DNA of 64,000 bases from Candidatus Latescibacterota bacterium (GTDB taxonomy: Bacteria > Latescibacterota > UBA2968 > GCA-2709665): NCBI GenBank assembly GCA_965219995.1, contig CBDCOX010000002.1:64001-128000 (forward strand), given 5' to 3'. Positions 19,908 to 28,236 of this stretch are shown here, piece by piece (the first letter of the stretch is position 1; the number at the start of each line of letters is the position of its first letter). The notes beneath the pieces are model-generated. The model did not search any database and was not told the origin of the DNA. It was given only the letters and a program-made list of their open reading frames with translations. The translations under genes were made by a program, and so were the position numbers.

Positions 19908-20011
19908 TTATATGCCCCTTCCGAAACACTAAAATCGACACTTCCAGGTGGCTCCATTACGCCGATCATGGGTGGCCCCATTAGGGCGATCCGTGACAAG
20001 GAGTAAAGGCC

Positions 20012-21277
20012 GTGGCTAAGACAGTAATGATATTCGGGGCAGGTGCAACGTTACCATTTTTCTGTCCACCCATTACAACCAGTAAGTTGACTGATTTGGT
20101 GCAGAATAGGCGGAAATGGAAAGACCTTCTGGATAGGTATAACACAGAAATGTGTCGCGCGAGTTGCCTTTTGGATTGTAAGGTCAAATGGGAGCCCGTA
20201 TCGCACCTAATCCAGCGGGCGTTCGAAGTAAAAGGGTGCGTCAACTTTGAGGAACTCATCGGGTTTTGTGATCTGTATTCATCGTACGTGATTCACGATA
20301 GTTACCTTGCAAACAGTGGAATTGGAATTGAAACAAAACGTCAGCACGATCTCTTGAGGTTCTTCAACGTTAGACAGCCAAATCAAGACTGTCAATACTG
20401 GCAGATGGTACCCTTTTTGTTCAGACAAATCATCGCCGAAGCAATCGAAGAATGGGTTGGTCAATATCGATCAAAAAACTACTGTAGCCTCCTGATCCGG
20501 CAAAAGGAATTGCTTTTGGGGCAACTTAGGCAGGGCGATCTGTCATGCTACTCTTTTAACTATGATGACGTCTTGCTTCAGACGGTTTCGGCTGGAAAGT
20601 TGCCCTTGCAGACGGGCTTCGTTTCCGGACGCTTTTGCGGAGAGAAATTCCTTAAAGCGCCATCTATTCTGGCGTTTTTGCACGGCCATGCCAGCTGGGC
20701 TCTGGACAACTGCGGTATGAGGGAATTTGGATCAATCTCTGATGCCAACCGTTGGCGAATCGGGCGTCTCTTCACCGATGATGCGCCTCCGATGGAATTC
20801 GTCGATGAATCTGGCGCCTACGATTTCAATTCATTTCTAACCACTGGCTTGGATAAGGACCCCTCATTCAACCGCAAACCCTATTGTGCGTACCACCAAA
20901 GACTTGCCTACGACCTTATGTCTGCAGATCGACTCATCGTGGTTGGATACTCGTTCAGGGACCAACACGTTGATAGGTTTCTGCTGAACTTTCTTGATCT
21001 CAAACCGACGACAAATAAAGTCATGGTCATTGACCGGTGGGATTATGATATTGATCAACAATCCGAGTTCACTAATCCGTTCGGATCGCTGCGCCGCGTA
21101 CTGGCCAAATTTGACGGTACGAGCATTCCCTTTACGCAGGGTGGCAACGGGCGAATAAACAACGTCGGCTATGGGCCTTTTTGTGGTTCGATTTGGATTT
21201 ACAAGAAAGGTTACGCCGACTTTCTTGTCGAGTGGGAGACCGTTCTCGATGAATGGCAATCGTCGGATAGTTCGTAG
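20012..21277 (+). CDS. SIR2-like (SIR2_2/AbiH-like) protein, probable NADase defence effector
   Basis: IFGAGAT, SFNYDD, FLHGH and LIVVGYSFRDQHV sirtuin-like motifs; lower GC than the core. Confidence 0.8.
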   Translation: MAKTVMIFGAGATLPFFCPPITTSKLTDLVQNRRKWKDLLDRYNTEMCRASCLLDCKVKWEPVSHLIQRAFEVKGCVNFEELIGFCDLYSSYVIHDSYLANSGIGIETKRQHDLLRFFNVRQPNQDCQYWQMVPFLFRQIIAEAIEEWVGQYRSKNYCSLLIRQKELLLGQLRQGDLSCYSFNYDDVLLQTVSAGKLPLQTGFVSGRFCGEKFLKAPSILAFLHGHASWALDNCGMREFGSISDANRWRIGRLFTDDAPPMEFVDESGAYDFNSFLTTGLDKDPSFNRKPYCAYHQRLAYDLMSADRLIVVGYSFRDQHVDRFLLNFLDLKPTTNKVMVIDRWDYDIDQQSEFTNPFGSLRRVLAKFDGTSIPFTQGGNGRINNVGYGPFCGSIWIYKKGYADFLVEWETVLDEWQSSDSS

Positions 21278-21440
21278 TTGAACGACCCGTTTTAAAAAGG
21301 TCGGCAGTTGCCTGTTTGTCATACCGCCATGCACAATTTCGGATTGAATGCCGAAATCGTCGTTTTGTGATTGGTCGATCCAATTGGATTTCTACGTACA
21401 GATGAGGCACGATCAAAATGTGAGTGAGATTGTGCTTCGC

Positions 21441-21683
21441 TTAATGTTTCGTGTCCTTGGGTGGGTGGGGGTCGTTTCCAGGAGGTACGGTATCCGAATC
21501 ACGCCAACGCCCATCCCGTCCCTGAATGCGAACCTCGCCCCCACCTAAGTTCCCAACAATCTCCTTTGCCCGTTGCTCAGCTTCACGCTGAGTGTCGTGA
21601 ACAGAACTGGCTTTTTCTGAATTCGGCCCCTTGACAGCCCAGCCTTCGGGATGTTTCGTTACATACCGTTCATTCCTGCCCAT
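21441..21683 (-). CDS. DUF2188 family small protein
   Basis: GWAVKGPNSEKASSVHDTQREAEQRAKEI...EVRIQGRDGRWRDSDT...NDPHPPKD; AAGGAGG RBS. Confidence 0.88.
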   Translation of the reverse strand: MGRNERYVTKHPEGWAVKGPNSEKASSVHDTQREAEQRAKEIVGNLGGGEVRIQGRDGRWRDSDTVPPGNDPHPPKDTKH

Positions 21684-22094
21684 ATCGACCTCCTTGATTT
21701 AGTTGATTCGTGTTTAACGGATGTTCAAAGAGTGTTGGTTCATTGAGGTTGTATCGCGGTTACTCTCGGTGACGCCGCCTCGAAAACCCGTAATGGAAGA
21801 GGTCGGAACTCATTCAACGCCTTCGATTCGCACATGCTTCTGCTATCCTACATTTGATTGTTCTCTGAACTACGGTATCGACCTCAGGGCAATGGAGATG
21901 GCTGTGCCGCTTACGTAGCGTTTTAGTGATGCGGTCAAGTGATCATTCGTTATTATCCCTCCTTTGGACCATGATGTTGCATTTTATGGGACGGATTCAG
22001 GCTCTCAACAATGGTCATGCTGCCAGGACCGATTGTCCGCGGTATCCCGTTACGGGAACTTTCGGTTCGTCAGCCTCCATCGCCAATTGTCGGT

Positions 22095-22484
22095 TCAGCG
22101 GGTCCACAGCTTAGACAACCAAGCCAGAAAGCCCGCCCGTGGCGTATAGTGTGCGCATTTGTTCCTTCTGTCATGCAAGCGCCCTGCCTCAATCTGCCGC
22201 TTCGACCACCGTCGGGCCCATTTCACGGTACAATGCTCAATCCAATAATGTGACATGCACTCGAAGCTCCAGTTGCCGATAGACGGGCTCAGAGAGATAG
22301 AATCTCCATCAAAGGAAAGTGTCCAGTCGGTGGGTGTCAGCGGCGTTACAACCTCGCCCCCGCAACCGCAGCAGCACTTATGCACGGCTGTGGCGTAGTC
22401 GATTGAGACGTAAATCGTCCGTTCTTGAAGATCCTCCGGAATAGTCTTGACGAATATAAATTCGAGGATCATCGACTGCCTCAT
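22095..22484 (-). CDS. DUF6527 family protein (putative Zn-binding hydrolase of a ubiquitin-like operon)
   Basis: HKCCCGCGGEVVTPL, SLSPSIGNWSFECMSHYWI; ATGA overlap with the ThiF gene stop. Confidence 0.85.
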   Translation of the reverse strand: MRQSMILEFIFVKTIPEDLQERTIYVSIDYATAVHKCCCGCGGEVVTPLTPTDWTLSFDGDSISLSPSIGNWSFECMSHYWIEHCTVKWARRWSKRQIEAGRLHDRRNKCAHYTPRAGFLAWLSKLWTR

Positions 22485-23665
22485 ACTTTGTCCTCATTGT
22501 TGATCACATTTCCGTCGAGTGTGTAAGTGCTGAAATGCTCGTGCTCCAAATCGAGGTAGAAACCGGCCAGCTTTTTCCATTTTATCACCGCCAAGGCAGC
22601 ATTAAGCGCGTTCAGTTCGGCTATCTGGATGTTTCGCGAGTATATGCCATCGTCGTCGCCACCAGAGAATCCGATTCTGTTTCGTTCTCTTATATGGTCG
22701 CGCTTCATGGGGGTGCTCGTCGTCACCCGTAGGACGCCCAATAGCTTGTCGTCGGCGAGTTCGATTCCCATACCTACATCAATGAATGGAATATCCAGAT
22801 CTTCAAGTTTTTCGATGATGGGTAGTTTCACGTTGCCCTTATCCACACAAAGAAAAACAAATTCCATGTCTTTCAATAGGCTGACGTTGGACGCGTCGAT
22901 ATGGAAGTCATGCGAAATGATGCCTTTCCGCATCTTGGCATAGCGATTCGAATGATGAGTGACTTTTTTGGGTATCGATCTTAACTCCTCAATGGAGGGT
23001 GCGCCGGGTGCCCGGAATGCGTTGTGTTGTAGGAATTCATCTCCGTCAAAGATATGGATCTCCCGAACCCACGTTTTTGCAACTAAATCAAGAATATAGG
23101 ACCCTGTTCCACCAAGGCCAATGATTGCAACTCTTTGGAGGTGAAGCCTATTCGAAACCGTCGTAATTCCTGCGCGGCTTGAAGCAGTGTCGACGTAGTT
23201 GAATATTGAGTCTGGGTCATCTGATGCGATCACCCGTCGGGTCTGCGCTGTAGCGGTCGAGTCAAGGGCTTCTGCGTGGCCTGCAATGATGGCAACGTAT
23301 GTGACCATCTTGTGGTAATAGTCCTTGTAATCTCCGCTAATTGGCTTACTTGAAAATGAGTGGTCTATCACCAAACCTTCGCAGATTTCCTGCCGGTCGC
23401 TTTGGAGCTTTATTTTTTCGAGTTCGGAACCGTTTCGATCACAAGGATGCTCACCGGCGAACATTGCCACGTGTGTGCTTGGAGTAGCGGTAACGTCGCC
23501 GGCAAGATCAAGGGAGGAGACGAGTACCCCCCGCCGCACCTGCTTTTGAGGGTTCACGTAAGGTACGTTGTACATCAATAGAAAGCCCGACCTGACGTCA
23601 ATCTCATAACCGTCATCCAACAGCCTTTTTAGGTCGGCACTACGATTTATCAGTTGCTGTGACAT
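22481..23665 (-). CDS. Fused E2-like (DUF6791) + ThiF/E1 adenylyltransferase
   Basis: N-terminal VPYVN...HSFSSKP...YYHKMVTY domain; C-terminal VAIIGLGGTGSYILD, DGDEFLQHNAFR and FLCVD ThiF motifs. Confidence 0.88.
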   Translation of the reverse strand: MSQQLINRSADLKRLLDDGYEIDVRSGFLLMYNVPYVNPQKQVRRGVLVSSLDLAGDVTATPSTHVAMFAGEHPCDRNGSELEKIKLQSDRQEICEGLVIDHSFSSKPISGDYKDYYHKMVTYVAIIAGHAEALDSTATAQTRRVIASDDPDSIFNYVDTASSRAGITTVSNRLHLQRVAIIGLGGTGSYILDLVAKTWVREIHIFDGDEFLQHNAFRAPGAPSIEELRSIPKKVTHHSNRYAKMRKGIISHDFHIDASNVSLLKDMEFVFLCVDKGNVKLPIIEKLEDLDIPFIDVGMGIELADDKLLGVLRVTTSTPMKRDHIRERNRIGFSGGDDDGIYSRNIQIAELNALNAALAVIKWKKLAGFYLDLEHEHFSTYTLDGNVINNEDKV

Positions 23666-23948
23666 TGAAGATCATGCCATCTTTGACCCTCACGATTTCG
23701 CCTTCGATAAGGATCCCTTCCGGTTTGTTTCCCACACCGTGTCGATAGGTAATGGTGAATTCGATAAATTTTCCAGTGGGAGGGTCATCGAATGCCAGCG
23801 CGACCAGTTCACGAAATGTCAACTCCGCCCTTATACTGACCTTTTTTTCTCGGCCGTTAACGATTATTGTGGCGTCTTTGGCGGGTCCGGAGTCCGCCTC
23901 CTTGTGTCCGAATTCACCGTTTTCTGCTTTTACGTGTTCAATCTGCAT
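23640..23948 (-). CDS. Multiubiquitin-domain (beta-grasp Ubl) protein
   Basis: IIVNGREKKV..ELTFRELVALAF...FTITY...GEIVRVKDGMIFNVTATDKS; AGGAG RBS before MQIEH. Confidence 0.85.
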   Translation of the reverse strand: MQIEHVKAENGEFGHKEADSGPAKDATIIVNGREKKVSIRAELTFRELVALAFDDPPTGKFIEFTITYRHGVGNKPEGILIEGEIVRVKDGMIFNVTATDKS

Positions 23949-24071
23949 TGCACTAACTCCTTTCTTCCTCAACCCGCAGACAGATGTGGATTTCGGCTGC
24001 GTCTGTCGCTGCCGACCATCTGGCCGTTCCTGCGTGCGAATCTCGAAACAGGTCCAGATTGGAATCTGCAG

Positions 24072-24208
24072 AATATACAAGAAATCAATAAATGTGTCAA
24101 TAACAAAAGGTGAAAACGCCTTTTATCAAACGCTTCTGCTCAAGATTTGGCCTTGGAAAGCCTTCTATGTTTTTATTGCTTGACATTCGTTCCCCGATTG
24201 CCTAAATT
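24072..24208. promoter_or_regulatory. Divergent sigma70 promoter pair between the Ubl operon and the regulators
   Basis: Minus strand: TTGACA(24100-24095)-17-TATATT(24077-24072). Plus strand: TTGACA(24180-24185)-17-TAAATT(24203-24208). Inverted repeat AAAAGG-N8-CCTTTT (24105-24124) between them. Confidence 0.75.
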
Positions 24209-24221
24209 CTGTGCCAGCGAT

Positions 24222-24602
24222 ATGCGACGGCGACCTGAATCAGAACGACTCTACGAGATTGTAGGGCAGAAGGTAGAACGTAGGCGGCGTGAGGCTAAGC
24301 TTACGCAGGCCCAATTGGCCGGGCTATGTGGCCTCGCGCGTGGTTCCATTGCCAACATTGAGAGCGGAAACCAGCGTCCAACCATTCATACGCTATGGGA
24401 TCTCGCGGAGGCGCTTAAGGTCGATATGCGCTCGCTTCTGCCTTCGCCTGAAGAATTCCTGCCGGATGTGGGGGGTACTGCGAGGCCGGTAATCACGGGT
24501 AGGTTACAGAAGGTGGCGGGAGAGAGTCGAAATCAGATTGCTTCCTTCATCGCTAGTAGCCGAGCGGAGGTCATGCCAGATGTCTCTGGAGAGGATGGCT
24601 GA
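24222..24602 (+). CDS. XRE-family HTH transcriptional regulator (CapH/ImmR-like)
   Basis: RRREAKLTQAQLAGLCGLARGSIANIESGNQRPTIHTLWDLAEALKV. Confidence 0.92.
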   Translation: MRRRPESERLYEIVGQKVERRRREAKLTQAQLAGLCGLARGSIANIESGNQRPTIHTLWDLAEALKVDMRSLLPSPEEFLPDVGGTARPVITGRLQKVAGESRNQIASFIASSRAEVMPDVSGEDG

Positions 24603-25083
24603 GGCGCTACTCGCAAATGCAGGCGTGAATTCCGCACCGGTTGACTTGAATCGAGTGGCAGAGCACTTGTGCATAAAGATTCAGTACGTCGACCTCGGTG
24701 AGGATTGTTCGGGCGTGCTCGTCCGTAATGGGGACCGTGCCGTGATTGGTGTCAATGAGGATCACCATTCGAATCGCCAGCGGTTTAGTATCGCGCATGA
24801 GATCGCCCATTTCGTTCTACATAGGGGCGATACGTACATCGACAAGGGGTATCGCGTACAATTTCGCGACCTTGAATCAGGCTCTGGGACAAAACGGGAA
24901 GAGATGGAGGCTAATGCACTTGCTGCGGCATTGCTAATGCCTGCCGCTTGGGTAAGGCGTGCCTTCCTCCTGAAGCCTTTTGATTTGGCTGAAGACGATG
25001 TACTTAAGATGCTTGCTGATAATTTTAACGTGAGCACTCAAGCGATGACCTACCGACTCATGAAACTACGAATGATCAGCTGA
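24580..25083 (+). CDS. ImmA/IrrE-family metallopeptidase (CapP-like)
   Basis: PVDL, RQRFSIAHEIAH (HExxH), EMEANALAAALLMP, FNVSTQAMTYRL; overlaps the HTH gene. Confidence 0.92.
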   Translation: MSLERMAEALLANAGVNSAPVDLNRVAEHLCIKIQYVDLGEDCSGVLVRNGDRAVIGVNEDHHSNRQRFSIAHEIAHFVLHRGDTYIDKGYRVQFRDLESGSGTKREEMEANALAAALLMPAAWVRRAFLLKPFDLAEDDVLKMLADNFNVSTQAMTYRLMKLRMIS

Positions 25084-25172
25084 AGGCCTGTTACTACTTT
25101 CACCCGCCTGCCAATCCGCTGCCGGACAATTCCCCGCTAATCTTTCTTCACTCAGCCGATTCTCCGATACGT

Positions 25173-27788
25173 TTAGCACAGGCTTGTTTGAAGGAGACTA
25201 GTCGGTTTTCTTTCCGTCTCCTGCCCATTCTGTCTATCCCCGTCGCCCCACACCCGCCGTATCGCCGCCTGAATCCTCTTCTCCATTCGCTTTATTAACT
25301 TCTTGTTCGCATCCAAGATGGCTTGTTCGCCCTTGATTTCGGTGACGATTTCTTCTTGTGTCTCGGCAGCGGGTAGGGGAATTCTGTAGCTTTCCAGGAC
25401 GGTTTTGGGAACCCGTTGTAGTCCTCCAGTTCCGGTCATCTGTGGTGTTGCCCATTTTCGAAATTTGGGCGTAGCGACGCTGAGGTATATCCATTCAGGG
25501 ATAACTTCCCGTTCCGGTCTCAGCACGTAAAACTCGCTCGAACCAAACCCGATTCCGTTGCTCAAGCCGTTGGCGATTCCCGCTTTGCCATTCTCAAAAC
25601 AGGGAGTCACCTTTGCAATAAGTACGTCGTCGTCCCTGAAGTAAGTATAGCTGGTGCCAACTTCATTTAAGCGCTTACAATGTCTCGGTGAAAAATACAT
25701 ACTGTTTGAGCCCAGATCAGCCATCGGCACAAAAGAAACGAATCTTGTGCCGTCGAATGCATTCAATTCCGATTTTCGAGGATTTAGATTGCAGACTTCC
25801 CCGATTTCCACCATCGGCCAATCGGGGTCGATGGGAATATGCGGTCGGTAGTTGTCGATGACTGCGCGCGCACCGTCGATCACCCGCTGATACCCCTTGA
25901 TCTCCGCCACAATCTCCCGCTGCACATCCAGAGGCGGTAGGGGAAAACTGAAGCTCGAATACTGTCTCGCGTTAATATTGGTAAGCGTGCCTGTCTTCGA
26001 GTTACTGTCTATCCACTCGCGCCACGTCTCTGACTTGGTTACGTGATAAACAAATTCAGGAACGGCTTTAGTCGGATCGATACGGAAACGAATCAAGTAA
26101 CCAGCGTATTGATAATTTCCTTGCTGATTTCCGTGCAGGTAGGTACGTCCAACGGAGCCCGAGCGTGCGATAAGTAGGTCACCAGGTTTCAAGAAGAGGT
26201 CTGGCTCGATTAGTGAAGGCGAAACTGAATCGCTTGAACGGAGTTCTCCGTCGTCTGTAATGTCAGTTATCCGCACATATCGTACTTTGTTATCGAATGT
26301 AACTTTGCGTGCCCCGGAACCGTACGTCGGTTTGCCCAAGATAATTTCGCCAAGGTTTACCCAGGCGTATTTTGTATCGTTGGTTCTGTATTCCCTATAC
26401 CTCTCCCCACTCAGGTTGTACTCCCCACCAGCCGCGATTTTTGACTTTGGGACGATGAGTGGCACCCCTTGCTGAATGAGTTGCTCCAGGATTGACTGAT
26501 CGGCGGCGGGGTGTGGTTCGCCTTTATCCTGCCCATCCTGTCCATCCATGTTCCCAACATTGCCAATGTACTCCTTCATGGCCTCCAAGGTCCGCGGGAG
26601 GTCGTTCAGATCGATCGGTCTGCGCTGGGCGCCGAGGTCGAAGCCGTCATTTTCGACTTTGAAGAAGGCGATCTGATCGGTCCGTTTCGCCAGGGATTTG
26701 TCGAGGATCAGGATTGACGTCTTGACGCCGGAGTAGGGATTGAAGACGCCCGCGGGGAGGGAGACGACGGCGACCAGATAGTCCTCGACCAGCATCTTGC
26801 GCAGTTGTTTGTGGGCGTTTTGGCTCTGGAAGATGATGCCCTCGGGGACGATGATCCCGGCGCGGCCGGATGGCGTAAGATGTTCGGCCATGTAGTCCAC
26901 GAACAGGACTTCGCTGCGTTTGGATTTCACGGAAAAGCGGTTGTGCGGGCGGATGCCGCCCTTCGGCGACATGAACGGCGGATTGGCCAGAATGACGTCG
27001 GCGTATTCGTTCCAGCGGTCCTCGCTGGTGAGGGTGTCGTATTCGACAATGTGCGGTTTCTGAAAGCCGTGCAGGTACATGTTTACCAATGACAGTCGGA
27101 CCATATCCGGTGAGATATCGTAGCCCTTGAAGTTTGCGGTGAGTTTTTCCCGTTCGTCAGGTGTGAGCGTACTGTTTCCGTCGTCGTCGGTATTGGCCTC
27201 GACAATGTGCTTGTACGAGGAAATGAGAAACCCGGCAGTGCCGCAGGCCGGGTCCAGAATGGTTTCGTTTTTCTTCGGGTCGATCACCGCGACGATGAAG
27301 TCGATGATGTGGCGCGGGGTGCGGAACTGACCGGCGTCGCCCTGCGAACCCAGGACCGAGAGCAGGTACTCGAAGGCATCCCCGAGGCGCTCGCTGTGGT
27401 CGTACGTGAACTCGTCGATGACCTTCAAAAAGGCGCGGAGCGTTTCCGGGTCGCGATAGGGGAGGTAGGCGTTGTTGAAGATGTCCCTGAAAAGCGGCGG
27501 TATGCCGGGATTCTCGGGCATTCGGTCAATGGCTTCGGCGTAGACATTGAGCATCTCATGTCCGCCCAGGCCGGAACGCATCAGCTTCGGCCAGCCGAAC
27601 CGGGCAAATTCACCGGCGAAGAATTTCCGCGTGCCGCCCAGCTCCTCGCTCTTGGCGTCCATGTCGTCCATGAACTTGTAGATCAACGCGATCGTGATCT
27701 GCTCGACCTGGCTCTTGGGATCCGGCACCTTCCCGACCAAAATATCGCGGGCGGTATCTATACGGCGTTTCGTTTCAGCGTCTAACAT
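25173..27788 (-). CDS. Type I RM N6-adenine methyltransferase fused to specificity subunit (HsdM-HsdS)
   Basis: GQFRTPRHI, DPACGTAGFL and ANPPF MTase motifs, then two TRDs each followed by PLPPLDVQREIV / PLPAAETQEEIV conserved helices. Confidence 0.92.
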   Translation of the reverse strand: MLDAETKRRIDTARDILVGKVPDPKSQVEQITIALIYKFMDDMDAKSEELGGTRKFFAGEFARFGWPKLMRSGLGGHEMLNVYAEAIDRMPENPGIPPLFRDIFNNAYLPYRDPETLRAFLKVIDEFTYDHSERLGDAFEYLLSVLGSQGDAGQFRTPRHIIDFIVAVIDPKKNETILDPACGTAGFLISSYKHIVEANTDDDGNSTLTPDEREKLTANFKGYDISPDMVRLSLVNMYLHGFQKPHIVEYDTLTSEDRWNEYADVILANPPFMSPKGGIRPHNRFSVKSKRSEVLFVDYMAEHLTPSGRAGIIVPEGIIFQSQNAHKQLRKMLVEDYLVAVVSLPAGVFNPYSGVKTSILILDKSLAKRTDQIAFFKVENDGFDLGAQRRPIDLNDLPRTLEAMKEYIGNVGNMDGQDGQDKGEPHPAADQSILEQLIQQGVPLIVPKSKIAAGGEYNLSGERYREYRTNDTKYAWVNLGEIILGKPTYGSGARKVTFDNKVRYVRITDITDDGELRSSDSVSPSLIEPDLFLKPGDLLIARSGSVGRTYLHGNQQGNYQYAGYLIRFRIDPTKAVPEFVYHVTKSETWREWIDSNSKTGTLTNINARQYSSFSFPLPPLDVQREIVAEIKGYQRVIDGARAVIDNYRPHIPIDPDWPMVEIGEVCNLNPRKSELNAFDGTRFVSFVPMADLGSNSMYFSPRHCKRLNEVGTSYTYFRDDDVLIAKVTPCFENGKAGIANGLSNGIGFGSSEFYVLRPEREVIPEWIYLSVATPKFRKWATPQMTGTGGLQRVPKTVLESYRIPLPAAETQEEIVTEIKGEQAILDANKKLIKRMEKRIQAAIRRVWGDGDRQNGQETERKPTSLLQTSLC

Positions 27789-28063
27789 CGAAGAACCTCA
27801 GACTTACATGGATGGACAGGATGAACAGGATAAATTCAAGAACCCAAAACATCGGATTCAGCCAACGCATCAACGATTCCAGCCGTTGCAGTGGTATATA
27901 TCATCCAGAGCTTGTTGCTGAAAACTGCCTTGTAATTGACGGTTCGAGAATGCAGAACTTCGTTGAGAAAGAGTCTTGTTTCCTTGTGATTTTCAATGTA
28001 TATTTCGTTTGTCTGGACGTTTTATTAGCTCTTGCAAATTGACTAAAATGTCTTATTGCAGGC

Positions 28064-28094
28064 CCCACGGGTTTCGGCTCGTGGGATTTTTTTT
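28064..28094 (+). terminator. Plus-strand intrinsic terminator-like hairpin
   Basis: CCCACGGGT-TTCG-GCTCGTGGG followed by ATTTTTTTT. Confidence 0.6.
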
Positions 28095-28236
28095 GTATTT
28101 GAATGAATCGTAGGAAGAAACGAGTTGAGGTTTATAGCTTATATGCCGGTTTTCGGGGTGGTTTTCCTTTGTGTTTTTGTGCCTTTTGTGGCCATTTTGT
28201 TTTTTTCTTGCCTCTGATCCTGTGCATCCATGTTTC

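Larger units (their letters stand above)
17427..19998 (+). mobile_element. IS21-family insertion sequence
   Basis: TG...CA ends; IRL TGTTAATGATCGCCC versus IRR (revcomp) TGTCACGGATCGCCC; internal repeated GATCGCCCTAATGGGGCCACC motifs at both ends; carries istA-istB. Confidence 0.93.

Noticed and set aside
22095-25083. CBASS (Cap2/Cap3) or ThiS/MoaD sulfur-carrier system
   Set aside because: No CD-NTase or JAB peptidase in the operon, no thiamine or molybdopterin genes, and the Ubl lacks the GG terminus.
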